Assembly: GCF_964204645.1 (NCBI RefSeq)
Contig: NC_134036.1
Span: forward strand, 4,618,600 to 4,682,599
Origin: Tubulanus polymorphus
Lineage: Eukaryota > Animalia > Nemertea
Direction: 5' to 3'
DNA length: 64,000 nt
Positions 12,701 through 27,443 of the stretch are shown here, piece after piece (position 1 is the stretch's first letter; each line of letters begins with the position of its first letter). The notes under the pieces were generated by a model. The model saw nothing but the letters and a program-made list of their open reading frames with translations. It was not told the origin of the DNA and did no database searches. A program made the translations under genes and the position numbers.

Positions 12701-14755
12701 CTGGATGGCGCTCAGTGGTTACCTGCCCGTCCAAGACATTCTAGGCGATATAATGAGGACTCTGTGCCACCAGCTATCCCGCTACATACCCTGTCAAATA
12801 CTAATTGATTTCCAATAAACTTTCATCTAGATTTTTAGCCTCCCTCGCCAGACATTAGCCAAATGACTCCCCTTGATTAACTCAGATGATCTCTAGGTTC
12901 ATATGTAAGGTGGATTTTACAAATCATCATTCAAAGAATTTGAGAAATTGTGAATAGATTTTAATCGAATCTGAGAAGAAACCCGGGAGTTGTAGTCTGA
13001 AGGCACACTAGTGAACCTCTCCTGGAATGCAACTTTTTCACGATCGATAGAAACAAACAGATCCCCACTAAACTTTGGACAAATCCAACTACCAATAACC
13101 TGAACAAACCTTTTAACGTAAAAGAGAAAAAAATAGCACTAATTAATTTGTGTAAATTCATTAAAGTCTGTACCCGCGTCTAGTGGTAAACCTCTTTCTA
13201 TATCATATGTGTACCCCCAACGACTTCATGTCAATGCTGCAACCAAATTCAATCTATATAGGCCTGTGATAACACCGTACCGCATATATCTTTGTATTTG
13301 AATGTATTTGTAATTGTTCAGTGCAAATTTTCTTTGCGAACAATAAATGAAATGAAATGAAAAATGTCTGTGATATTGCAATCATTGCAATTTCTATTGT
13401 GATGATTATTACAACCCCCTGAACATTTACCCAAAATGCACGTTGTCACCCCAACGCAAAGATTATCCCGTTTGGTGGGAATTTTTAATCGCTTTACCCG
13501 AATGTAATGTACAATGGTCTCGTGATTTTCGAGGGGGATTTCACTGGCGTGTTAGTCTCGAGATTTGCGCCATCTATAATTCCAAGTCCGTGATCGATCC
13601 ACGAGAAGATGATGCATGGTATCTCGATATAGAACAGTAAACGAAAAATCCAATTTCTAATTAAAGGAAAAAACTTTTGAATTCCTGTAGAGATAATGGC
13701 TCCACATATGATCGTCAAATTGATCATTTATCGAAAAGGATTTTGGGTTGAGATATATCTGAACGATAAAAGAATCGAATATTTATTTCTCATAAATTAT
13801 GTCTCCAGGATGCGTCCGTACTTGTACTAGGCGGGGAGGATTCAACAGTTGTTACCTGAGGTTGATGCCATGTGTAGTCGGCATCACTAATTGACATTCA
13901 ACCTATACTGAAACATTAATTCATCCAGTCAAATATGAAAGTTTTTATGTCTGGGATTCTTGTCTTTTTTAGCCATTTCTCACGTTCAGGACTTGATCGC
14001 TGCCAAAACTGCGAGACAGACTGAATTACCGACGCTGGATGACAACAGACATCTTAGGTAAGCCATCATGCAATTGATTTTGGTCGGATTTGATGTTTTG
14101 TTTTTCTTTATTCTTTGTGTTGTAGTCCACCGTGTACATGACTCGAGACGCTAAAATGTTTTAACAACGATCTTTTCATTCTCCAGGTAAGCTCTTCTTC
14201 TATGCGACGTGGTAGCCTCCAATGCGTGCTTACTCATCCGACCAATACATAGTCAGACCTTTCTCACTTCCTCGGGACCATTTCTGTCATTAGGAACCGA
14301 TGAAACTAATCTGACCCGATGGAAGACTCCTGCGGCGGAGGGCTGTAGCCTGGACGTCGCATATTGTAAGCAATGAATTACTGATCGAACTAACCGATAA
14401 AGATCCAGACATCCATGAACTAGTAAGTAAATATATTATACTCTTTTTATATAGGAAACTTAGGTTAGGTAGATTTCAAGCTTATTTAAACTGATCGACA
14501 CAGAGAACCCAGCTAGAGTACACTCTTCTTAACTCATACTAATTTGTGACCAGTGATTATTATCCCTAATAATATAGATAAGGATAATAATCAACAGAGT
14601 TACGAGACGGTTGTCTGCAGCAAACTAACAGCAAACCCGTATGGGTTTAAGAATAGGGTTTCTGTAAAAAAAGGGCCGAAAGGTCGAAATATCCTGATTA
14701 GAATCAGTGAATCGGAGTTTTCGACTTTTTGCTTGAAGTCGATTTCAAGTGTGAA
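9755..14755 (+). repeat. Segmental duplication, copy B
   Basis: Collinear with 1-7292. It lacks the two repeat-bearing blocks and has its own ~322-bp tandem duplication. Confidence 0.95.
11462..12105 (+). repeat. ~322-bp tandem duplication specific to copy B
   Basis: TGCCCTATGCGCGG...GATTCGCTCT occurs at 11462-11783 and again at 11784-12105, but only once in copy A (~2123-2445). Confidence 0.92.
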
Positions 14756-16439
14756 ACGCGTGTGTTGAATAGACGATTGGCGTTTTTCACCGCTGAATCT
14801 CGCGTCCAATTGATCACTTCACCGACGAATCATAAACACCAAACAACCCGAGCATTGATTCATTTACTCGCAGTTTTATTGAATAATATAATTATAACAC
14901 TAGATTTGACGCTTGAGTTACAAATATAAATTCAATTCGAGCTTTTTGATAGTCAGTCAGTGACCTAAATGTGCTTCAGTTTCATAATCGGATATTTCCC
15001 AAAGCACCACATGTATATCCGATTTTGAGCCAAATTATCACCGATGATTAGGAACAAACTCCTCTGCATTTGTTGCTGCAACAGCCTTTATTTTCGAAAC
15101 AAATAAATCCTGGTTGTAAGCACTCTATAAAAAAGAAAGTATCAAATTGAGGGAATATCTAAACCTTCGTCCCCGTACGAGTTTGGTGGACGCCCTCGTC
15201 ACGACCATTCATACAAGCGAATATATACTGGAGGTCAGGTAACGCACGTAAATAAGAACAATATTACAGGTCAATTTAATTGATTATGCAATATTACCTC
15301 TGACTCGAAAGTCAATGAATTAATTTTTCAAATCGACAAACAACTACTAAGAGTTTACCGATGATTTCGACCTTAGTTGATATTATTCACGAAATCCTAT
15401 TTCCGAAAAATCGTTTGCATATTTTCCCAGTCGTTACTTACGTGCCATGACCACAACAACAACACATACGCGAGTCATTACATAAGCAAACATTTTCAAC
15501 GCCTAGAATTAAAAAGAAATATATTAGCATTTTGGGATCCAAAATTCGGATTATCCAACATTCGTCCGGAGATTCTCGATGAATAACCTATTTGTTAGAT
15601 GAACATTTTGAAATTATGCCGCCTTAGTGAACAACAAAAAGAAGCTGATAATAGATATAGCGCCGAGTAGTGCGCCACGGGTTTTCCGCATTGCCTGTTT
15701 GAATGCTGTACTATGAAGCTCGTTTCGTCAAAATTAGTGTTAGTTGGAATCAGTTGGAAACAGTGAGAATAAATGTAATGATTAATAAACCAGTTAATAT
15801 TTTTTGTATGATTAGATAAGTTTGTAGTCACGTGACTTTCAGTGATGGAGTGATTCACTGGCACTGGGCAATAAATCGTTGCATACATTTCAGCAGAAAT
15901 ATTTTTTATCATCGTTTCATTTTTAAGATTCCGGTTACTGAAATTTCTGCTGCCCGCGTTCAAGTATATTATCTTTTGTCGTATCGTAACGTATCGTTCT
16001 TGCGACCCGAAAGGAAGTTTGTTAATACCCCAAAACTACACCGAGTGTCGTCACGGAGGTGCTAGACGGAAACAACTAATGTAAAATTGAAAATTAGGTT
16101 GGTTTAGGCAAACACTTAGCGAAATCGACAGAATGATGACACCCGCTAGTTTAGGCAACCGTGCCCTGGAATCTCACTCAGGTGATGAAATTTATGAAAT
16201 CAGTACTATTTTACCTCGATCGTCAATCTGACATTTTAAACTGCGCGTAAAGATTTGAATACTTCATCGCTGGACTTACCTCGGTTACTTCTTCCAACGT
16301 ATTCAACTTTCGAAATGAAAATATCTTCTCGTTTCCTCGAGTCAGAACTTGCCAACGAATGCACGGAACACCGTTTTTATTTATGCGATAGCTTGATACT
16401 GATTGGAACTCGCATCGGTGAAACGATACGCACCCGGCA

Positions 16440-17210
16440 CTTTTAAATCGATTGCAGTCCCACCTTACAGGCAAAGTTGATTTCAAACAATTGAGTAACT
16501 TGATACGGCCAACCCCCGATATACCACCCTCCCATATACTGGCACCTGCGCTTACCGCCAGGTTTTCTCAATGAACATCCCTTTGCGAATACAAAGTAAA
16601 AGAAAAACGATATACCGCCATACCCTCTCTACCGCCAAAATCGTTAAGCACCGATATCGGAGGGAGGGGGGGGGTTGGGCGTTGGCTGTATATATATGCG
16701 AGAGATTCTCAATTTTCATCGCCACGCTGAGTGATGGAAATTTGAATCCACTTCCATTCTCCAGAACCCACCATCTACACTGCGATAAAGTAGATTTCAA
16801 ACAATCGAATACCTTGAAATATCGATGTAGTAGATTCTCAATTTTCATTTCATTCAGCCGCGATGAGTGATGGGAATTTGAAACCAATTTCACAATTAAC
16901 GGTAAATATGGAATATGATATATCAATCGACTTCGTCTCCATAACGATGTATGATATACTCGGCTAGCTCGCGCACCATCGATTCCAATGGTTTTCAAAC
17001 AATGAGTAACTTGGCATATCTCTAATAGATTTTTCAATTCTTCTCGCATTAAACCTCGTCTAGTGATGTGAATTTGAATGCACTTTCACCCACTTCCATC
17101 GGCCAAAATCCACCATCTACACTGCGATTGAAGTAGTTTTTAAACAATCGAGTAACTTGATCCATCTTTGAATTTAATAATTCTCGATTTTTATTGCATT
17201 CAGCAACGTC
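16440..17210 (+). repeat. Degenerate dispersed repeat (GATTTCAAACAATCGAGTAACTTG core)
   Basis: The core recurs near 16480, 16793, 16993 and 17138. Related sequence lies at ~2614 and ~12274. Confidence 0.6.
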
Positions 17211-18169
17211 GAGTATATATGGTAGCCAGGGCAGACATCTTGATTTTCTTGCTAGCATGATCATGCCTACATTTCTTAACGGTTCTGTATGAAACATGCT
17301 GTGATAAATTGGGGCAGGCAAAGGTGTTCACCACTTTCGAAAATTTAGGTCATCAGCTATCAAATATGGCCACCGGGGTATAGCCATCTTGAATGTATTA
17401 TTTACTACGATACAGCCATGAATATCTGATTGATATCCATGGAAATTGATGTGAGAGTTAAGGCAGGTTTATCCGTGTACGACTTTAGTTCTTTCGAAGT
17501 GGGAAAGAGTATAGTGCGACGGGTAGTTAATGCAGCAAGGCGTAATTTTGGATTAATTCATCCTGGATTGAAATTGACTTGAAGTTTACAGATCATGAAC
17601 ATAGGGAATACTTTTCATTGCAGTATAGATTGATACAATACAGCCTTTATTCATTGTGGCTGATTCGGGTCATGTCATAATTGTTTTTCGCCCTCCACGA
17701 AAACGAGCAAAAACAAATATCACCGCGCAAAAACAAATGTTCGTTTTTGTGTGGGCCCATAAACAAACTATTAGCGTACAGAAACGAAACATGTTGTTTT
17801 TGCGCGGTTAGATGTGGTTTTGTGCGGTACGATTACGAGTTGTGCGTTCTCGTGGAAGATGAAAAAAAAATATTGACGTGTTCCCCAAGCGCCTGGGAAG
17901 TAAGAAAGATATAGCAATGAAGCAGCGATTATGGGTTTTCTACGAAGCCGCACCGTGCTATTCAGAATAAAGGGAATTGCAGAAAAGAGAAATGCGTATA
18001 TTGCATTGACAGATCGGAACCTGATGTGCCACCACTGCAACGTGCAGTGCAACATGTCATTCAGCTTTGAAACCGAACTTCTCCGTGACGTACAATCAGT
18101 AAATACGAATTTATATGACAAGGCATTTATTTTGTATTTTGAACTTCATGATATTATCACCACGCGTTT

Positions 18170-18448
18170 AAAAGAAATCGATCCGTTCTATCAAGAACCA
18201 CCACGGAGGCGGGAGGATTTAAAGGTCATCCGCGGTGGAAATACATCCATCACGCCGATTACAAACCGTTTAAGGTGAATCTGTATCTACAGATCACGAT
18301 TTATGCCGTTTTCACCATCGCCATCTTCGGTTTCGGCACAAATTCACTGTCTTCTATCATCCTCAGCAAAGAATGTTCACACAAAACCAGTAGGCCTATA
18401 TTTTATTTGAGATGTTTGGCTGTTGCGGACATTTTTATTTGTGTGACT
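18170..18448 (+). pseudogene. GPCR pseudogene fragment (N-terminus, TM1, TM2 only)
   Basis: IAIFGFGTNSLSSIILSKE...IFYLRCLAVADIFIC is homologous to 8342-8490. Similarity ends near 18448, where sequence paralogous to 20988 onward begins. The start coordinate is approximate. Confidence 0.85.
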
Positions 18449-21400
18449 TACGCTCACATACGATCAGGGTGTATTTTACACTCAGGCGTTTCACCTTATC
18501 TGGGGGCATCAGTCGTCTTCAGCAACATTCTAGTTAAAAAAGTAAATAGTAATAAAAAACGGAACTGGAATGGACGATTGATATTCCTCTCCGCCGATGG
18601 ACCGGCGTGTCCTGTTGGTCCCCTTAATATTTTTTCAGCCACGAATCATAAACAGTAAACAACGCGATCGTTGATTTATTTACTCGCAGTTTTATTGAAC
18701 CTAATTATGACACGAGATTTGAATATGAATTCAATTCGAGCTTTTTCACAGTCAGTCAGTGCCCTGACTGTGCTTCAGTTTCATAATCGGATATATCCCA
18801 AACCTCCACAAGTATTTCCGATTATAAACACTGACCACTAGTTTTTAGCAACACACAATTCTGTTACAATTCCTGCCGCAACAGTCAGAATTTCGTAAAC
18901 ACATGAAGCCTTTTGGTGCACATTCTATAATTAAAACATCATTAAATTTAATACGGCATTTTGGAATGAAACACTTTCCTTTAAAATTGAAGAAATATTT
19001 GAACGCCTTCGTGACGGGTATGATGTAAAATTATTTCTGATTTACTATTTATCAAATCAATTTGTTCAATCGTTTAACAACTTCTAAATGTGTACTTATA
19101 ATTTCGACTTAAGTATAAATTATTAATGAAATCTTATTTGAAATTGAAGATTTTCTCAGTTGTTGACTCACCTGCATCTACAAATGATGCAGCACTGACC
19201 ACAATCCCAACAACAGCACAGGCACGACTAATTAAATAAGCGAGCATTTTTTTCTAATTGCCTACAATTTTAATCAAATAAGTCATTTGGCATTTTGGCG
19301 AATCCCAAAATTGTAATTATACAGCAGTTTCTAAAAGGCTCTCGGTGAACAAACCTTTTGTCGGACGTAATGTTTAAAATAATTCTGCTTCTAAAAAGAA
19401 ATGAATAAAGATGCCGCAAAGTGGCGATAATGTGTTTTCTGCAATTCATGTTTGAATGCCGTACCGTACTATAAAGAGTACGGAGTGACGTCAAAATTAG
19501 TCTCATCAGTTCGTAACCGAAAGAATAAAAGTAAGATTAATTGAGTGAAACATAAGAATAACATAAAATCAATTATTATTGGCACACGCTGTACATTTTG
19601 TAGTCATATGACTCTATGGCGGAGTGTTTGCCCGGCCCTGAATTCGTAACAGAAACACGTAAACAAGTTTCTGTCTCTTGTTTCCGTTTGCATGTAATAT
19701 AGATCATCATTGATAATTCATTATTTTGTCTTTAGAAGAAGAGACTCGTCTGATTGAAATTCGTTCCTCATCCCCCGTTATTTCGTCGAAATTATTTGAT
19801 CGAAATCGAACCCTCACCTCAGTTGTGAGAAATGCTTAGAATATTATGCTACTATAATAGACGGTATGATTTAGACGGTATGATTAGTAACAGGTCAGTG
19901 AATAATCTTCAACCGCTTTCTATCACACTACGTATGTTTTGTACTTACGGTGTTGCCTCAGTGTTTCACGTCTGGTTTTTGCATTCAATATGGGAACCTT
20001 TATGTTGAAAATCCGCTCATGAATTTTCCACTTCAGATATTAAACACGCTATGTACATTTCCATTCAGGTTCTATTCAACTAGCCGGGTGTTAATTTCAG
20101 TGCTCGAACCCAGAGTGAGAAAGGGTGAAATATGATACTATTTCGTCTGATATGTTTTACTGGAATATGAGCACCTAATGATTTCTAGATAACTCTTTCC
20201 ATGCTAACTTTCTTAATTTACATCGTTGAATAGTGCGGATGCGTTTTCGGTCGACGTTCGACTCGCAGTAAAACAAAGAAAACGTTTTATCACCGGGATT
20301 TATCGAACTAAATTCGGTTTTGCAATTTTCGATTATATCTCTCCGTCGAATCCTATTTCGAAATAGAACGTATGTATTGTATAGCTTAATTTCGTCACCT
20401 GTCGCCACTTAAGATTACGGTGAGTGACTGTTCGATGAGCGATCATCGTGAATATCGATGGACAGATAAGTGTTTCCTATCGATACTGGCTGATAATCAC
20501 TAGCAGCTGTAATGCGTGTAAAGCCGATCTTTAGATAAGGAGAAATGCATTCAATTTCGCAGCGAAATTCAATACAGGCTGAGGCTATATGTTATCTACA
20601 CGCGCGAAATATTTTATTAATCAGAACGAATATCCAACTAATAAGTAATGTTTGATGATGCATGTGTGGGATATTGCTGCATTAAACGTTGTATACTTAC
20701 AAGATATCTAATATTACGTGAGGTCCTGAAAGTATCTCACAGACTTTCCAACTGACTTCATTTTCCAATTCCGCTGGAATAATTGAATCCATGTTTCGGA
20801 TTCATATTTATTACGCGTCCGGCTCTTAATTCATGAACGGTTTAAGATAACTCAGTGAAATTTCATGGATATGTCACCCTAGAGACCGTGAATGACTGAT
20901 CATAGTTCGGAAGCTGTTGGTCTACGGTCAAGGTCACCGGAAGCTGTTTTGTATTTCTCATTTCCTGCTTTCAATAATTAACGGGTCGACATACACTCAG
21001 AGTGTATTTCAAACTCAGGCGTTTCACCTGATCTGGGGGCATCAGTCGTCCTCAGCGACATTGTAATTAAAGAAGTAAAGAGTAAATCACGGAGCTGGAA
21101 TGGAGGATTGATATTCCTCATCGTGGATTGAACGGCGTGTCCTATTGGTCCCATTAACATAATTCAGCTACAAATCATAAACATTGAATAACCCGATAAT
21201 TAAATTATTTACTCGCGGTTTTATTGAATCTAAATATAACAAGAGATTTGAAGACTGAGTTACAAATATATATTCAATTCGAGTTTTATTGTCAGCCAGT
21301 AACCGGACTCAGTTCAGTTTCATAATCGGATATTACCCACACCAACACAAGTATATCCCGTCATAAGTACTGACTGACCAACAATGCTTAGCAACAGGAA

Positions 21401-22907
21401 ATAACTCGACAGTTCCTGGCGCAACAGTCAGAATCTCGTAAACACGCCATGCCTCTTGGTGCGCATTCTATAATTAAAAGATCATGTAATTGCAAACGGC
21501 AATTTTGAATGAAACACTGTTTCCTGTAGAATTGAAGCAATATTTTAACTTAGCCCTACCCTTCGTGACGAGTATGATGGATTCATTCATACAAATAAGT
21601 ATACAGAGGAGGTCAGGTAATACTCGTAAATAAGAACAATATTGCACATCATTTTGATTTTTTTTTGTTTGGATATGAATATGTAATGTTATTTCTTATT
21701 TACTATTCATCAAGTCAATTTGTTCAATCATTTAACAACTGCTAAATGTTTACTAATAATTGCGACTGAAGTATTTATCATAGATTAAATCCTATATGAA
21801 ATTGTGTATAATTTTCCCGGTCGTTACTTACGTGCATCTACAAATGATGCGGCACTGACCACAATCACAACAACAGCACAGGTGCGACTTATTAAATAAG
21901 CGAGCATTTTTGCCTACAATTTTAATCAAATGTATTATTTGGCATTTTAGCGAAACCATTTTTAATTAGGCCTATTCAAAAGCATTCAATCGGCTCTTGG
22001 TGAAAAACCTTTCGTCGGATGTGAAGTTTAAAATAATTGTGCTTCCGAGAAAGAAATGATTATATTTGATCTGCAAAGCGGCGACAACGAGTTTTTTGCA
22101 TTGCAGATTTGAATGCCGTACTTTGAAGCGTACGGAGCTTCGTCAGAATAAGTATCATCAGTTCGTAACAGTGAGAACAAAGGTAATGATCGAGTGAATA
22201 TTTATTTGTTTGTAACATTAAAACAATTTGAAGTCAATTATTAATGGCACACGCTGTACATTTTGTAGTCATATGACTCTGGGGTGGATTGCTTCACCGG
22301 CCTGAATTCGTAAGAGACAAATGTAAACAAGTTTCTGTCTCTTGTTTCCGTTTGCATGGAATATAGATCATCATTGAAAATTCATTATTTTGTCTTTAGA
22401 AGAAGAGACTGCTTTGATTGAAATTAGTTCCTCAGCCCCCGTTATGTCGTCGAAATTATTTGATCGAAATCGGTTCCTCTACTCAGTTGCGAGAAAACTT
22501 GTGATTTACATTTTAAGAAGCTTTCATTAAAATCGCCATTGGTTGAAATGCAGAAATACTTAGAATATGCTACTATACTTTAGACGGTATTTGGTATTAG
22601 AAAACGTATGGTATCTACTTACGGTTTTGCCTTCGTGTGTTTAACGTTCAGTTGCTGCATTCGATATGGGAAGCTTTATGTAGAATATCCGCTTTGAATT
22701 TTTTACAGATAGATAACTCACTATTTACTTTGCTATTCAGGTTCCAATGAACTTACTGCGTGTAAATTTCAGTAACCGAACCTAAAGTGGATACAAGTGA
22801 CATATGAGACTATTTCGTCAAATATATTTTACCGAAATATCAGCACCTAATGATATCTAGTTAACTAATGAACGTATTCAAACATGTAAAATTCAAACAG
22901 ATAGTGT

Positions 22908-23392
<485 letters not shown>

Positions 23393-23555
23393 CAATTGTT
23401 ATGGTTGAGATGAAATGGAATGGGGCGAATGAAGAGAGAAATAGCCTGCCTAAAATTTGATTCCACAAATAGAACATTAGAACATTATCAATGTTTAAAG
23501 CGACAATGAATTGGAGAATTATTATTTAAGTACGATTATTTAATTTCAATTGATT

Positions 23556-26550
23556 TCAATAAGAGGAAATTGTGATTTTCTTAAATCTATTTATCAGTGT
23601 TTTGATGCTTGGAGAACTTCTCATAAAGGATCTATTATATAAACTTGTGTAATGTAAGCCTATTCTGGGATGGTTTCTTTGGCGGGTGTTATAATTATGA
23701 GTAAATGAATTTCTATTAAATATATCTAGGACCGGTGCCGGTAGTTTGGATTTGCAGAAGTTATATACAGTTTTTAACATTTCAAGATTGATTAGATCAT
23801 ATAGCTTTAATATATTTAATGATTTGAATGCGGGGGACGATGGTGAGCAAATATCTGAATTTGTTATCAAACGTACTGCTCTTTTTTGAAGGATGAATAT
23901 TTTGTTCGAAATAGATTTGGTAATTAGAGGAGCCCATAAGTTTAGGCAATATGTTAGGTGGCTTTGGATATAACTGAAGTATAGGATTCTTTTGGTCCAG
24001 GTTGGAACAAAATTTTTAAGTGTTTTAATCATGTATAGATTTTTATTGATTTTGTTAATTACGGTATGGGCATGTTCTTCAAAGGACAAATTTTCACTTA
24101 TATTAAGACCAAGCAGATTTTTTACATTTTTTACGGACTGATTGCCAAATTCCAGATTGATTTCATTATGATTAACTTTAAATGAATAAGGCTTAAATAA
24201 CATATATGCTGTTTTAGTAAGGTTATGGGTAAGCTTATTGGCTTTAAACCAATCTATAACAACATTTAGGTCATTTTTCATATTAGAAACTAGAACTTTA
24301 AGATTTTTATTAATAACAAATAGTGAACAGTCGTCCGCAAAGAGAACAGCTTTACAATCTTTTAAATTTAGGGTCAAGTCGTTGGTATAAATTATAAAAA
24401 GCAGAGGCCCTAATATTGAGCCCTGTGGTATTCCATACTCAATGCTTCTCAACTCTGAATTATGATTTTTATATTGCACAAACATATTTCGATCTGTAAG
24501 ATAGCTTTTAAATCAATCTAAAGCTATTCCACGAACGCCATAATAATTTAATTTTTTTATAAGAATATTAATATCGAGTTAGTCGAAAGCTTTAGAAAGA
24601 TCTAAATATACACTTAACATAAAGTTCTTTGTATCAATACTATTAATAGCATGACTCAAAAATTCAGTCAAAGCATGACTGGTTGAGTGATTGGCTCTAA
24701 ATCCGTATTGGCTTTTATAGAGTAAGTTATCTTTATTGACAAAGTCGTAGAGTCTTTTATGTATGATCTTTTCCAGTAATTTAGATAAAACTGGTAGGAG
24801 GGATATCGGTCTATAATTAATGATGTCTTTTTTGTCTTTAGCTTTAAAAATAGGTACAACTTTAGCGGTTTTCATATTTGCAGGGAAGTGACCTTCACTC
24901 ATCGACTTGTTGAATACAATTGTTAAAGGCATAGAAATCTCATGGGCAATTGATTTTATTAGTATGTTATTCAAATTATCATGACCACAGCTAGTTTTGT
25001 AAGGTAGACTATTTATGAAAGTTTGAACTTCTTTTTGGTCCGTAGGAAAAAGAAATATTGAGTTATTGTTAGATCGCTTTAAGTATACATCATAATTATT
25101 GGTAGGGTTCTGTATTTTTGAGGCAAATGACTTTCCAACTGTACTGAAAAATTCATTGAAAGAGTTACATATTTCTACAGGATCACTCATTACTTTTCCT
25201 TTAATTATGAAATTACTAGAAGTTACACATGTTTTATCATTTTGCTTACCAATGACTGTTTTCAAAAAACTCCACAGCTTTCTTGCATTATTTTCAAACG
25301 ATAAAATTTTGTCAGCGTAGTAGGTTTTCTTGGCCCTACGCTTTATATAATTTAAGTTGTTCCGATAATTTAAGTAGTTTACATATCGTGGGTGAGTTTT
25401 CTATTCTAAGTCCTATTACTTTTCTATACATTTTATCTTTAGTGCGCGAAGCTATACAAATGCCTTTAGTCATCCAAGGTTGATTAATGTTAGGTTTTCT
25501 AGTGGTTTTAAGTTTGCAAGGAGATACTTCATCTACAGAATGTTTTATATTTTGGACAACAAAATCATAACCGGCTTCACAGTTTAATTCTTGCAGAGTG
25601 TGCCAATTTATATTAGACAATTTTTGTTTTATTTTAATGACATTTGCATCAGATGAATCTCTATAATAAAACTATTCATTGACTACTTTGGTTGTATGCT
25701 TTTGTGTATCAATTGTAGTGAGGCACGCAAAATGATCAGATACATGATTAGTAAGAATGTAGCTTTCATAATTATTGAACTCTGAACTAATATATATGTT
25801 ATCTATTAAAGTTGCTGTTTTATAAGTTACTCTAGTTGGTCTTATGATAGTTGGTAATAAGTTATGACTAAGATTTGAATTCAAAAATTCCGCAGTGTTT
25901 TTATGCTGATTAATTCTAATTAGGTCAAGATTCTGGTCCATGCCTAATATAGCGAGTTTATTTTCTCGACTTATAGCTTCAAGCAAGTTGTTGTAGTCGG
26001 ACAGGAATTCCATTTCACTTGTTCCTGGGATTCTATAGATCTCACCTAGTATTATATTTTTAGAGTTTATTCTTTTTATTTCGAGGATACACGATTCAAA
26101 CTGTCTTTCTTTAAAAATTGATAGATCACCTCGAATTTTAAAATCGATTTCATCATTTATATAGATTGCAACTCCTCCTCGAATTAGATTGGTGCGGTGC
26201 CTTTCTACAAAGTTATATCCCGGTATATTATAGAGATCAAAATTTACATCGTTTAAAAATGTCTCGCATAACATTATTACATCTATTTCATAATTGCATT
26301 GTCGGCAGCTTTTGATTACATTTTCTAGTTCATCTAGTTTAGACGGTAAATTATGAATATTCAAATGAAGTACATTAAGACTACATATACAGTCAAATTG
26401 CCCAAGCTCTGGTGATTCAACGTAAGGACACAATTTTTCAAACATTTGAAAATCATCATCAATTAACCTTGAAAAATCAAATTCTTTATCATTATAAATT
26501 TTCTCCAATCTTGTCGACATATCCATGTTACCTAGACACATATTTATCAA
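23556..26550 (-). pseudogene. LINE ORF2 (APE endonuclease + reverse transcriptase), disrupted
   Basis: APE motifs: HLNIHNL, LCETFL, GGVAIYI, GMDQNLD, PTRVT..TLIDNIY, SDH. RT motifs: YRPISLLP, QYGFR, LDLSKAFD, GIPQGSILGPLLF, FADD, and C-terminal HNYNTR. Stops at 25672, 25336, 24579 and ~24513, plus a frameshift near 25300. Confidence 0.96.
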
Positions 26551-26947
26551 AAAGGTCTAAGCAGGCTAGTACTCCAATGAAAGAATGAGGAAATGATAAC
26601 ATGATGGATGGATAAACATTTAATGACATTTCTAAGCTTATGTTGGGGTACTGAATATTTTAAATCTTGAGTTGGATATCATATTGTTATGGAATGCAGG
26701 AGTTCTAGTAGGGGTTAATTTTCTGGGAATTCACGGCGATAAAATGTATAGAAAATTGTTCACAGATAAGATATTGCATTATACGAAAACATTTCAAGAT
26801 TAAGCGCGTTTGATTTTGGCAGGATCGTCCACAATTCTTTTTATCATGGAACTATGTACAAACATAATAAGTGTAGTGTAGAAGCCATTTACAACATATG
26901 CAATATATGTAATGCATGGATTTCGGGTTGACTGAGAATCCATACAT

Positions 26948-26985
26948 TATACACATACACACACACACACGCATACACATACATA
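26948..26985. repeat. Imperfect (CA)n microsatellite in the LINE inter-ORF region
   Basis: ACACATACACACACACACACGCATACACATACA. Confidence 0.8.
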
Positions 26986-27443
26986 TAAGTGTATACGAAG
27001 CTATTCATAAAAATATATATACGAGTTAATTCTGAATTGAGCGAGTACTTTATGTTAATCAATTGGATGAGAACTCCAAGGTGGAAAGACCATATTTGAT
27101 ATATACGTGGTGAGAATAATTCGCAGTAAAGTAAAAGCTTCTCTCAAGCCAACTGAAGGTCTTGTAGTATGTTTACTGCAGTTTACGAAGAAGAAATAAT
27201 TCGTTCAATATGAATATGTGAACTAGGGGGAAACGTGTAATTTCCATGTCGATACATATGAGCATATATGATCTTTGGATTTTCAAGCCAAGTGGAGATC
27301 ATAAAGTATGTTTGCTACAAGTTACAAAGCAATAATGCACAACTGATATAGTATACTATAATACAGTGAGGAAATGTCAACTTAGCGGAACATGTAGTTC
27401 CCATATCTATCTAAATAGTACAATAGCCCAACAAAGCACTGGA

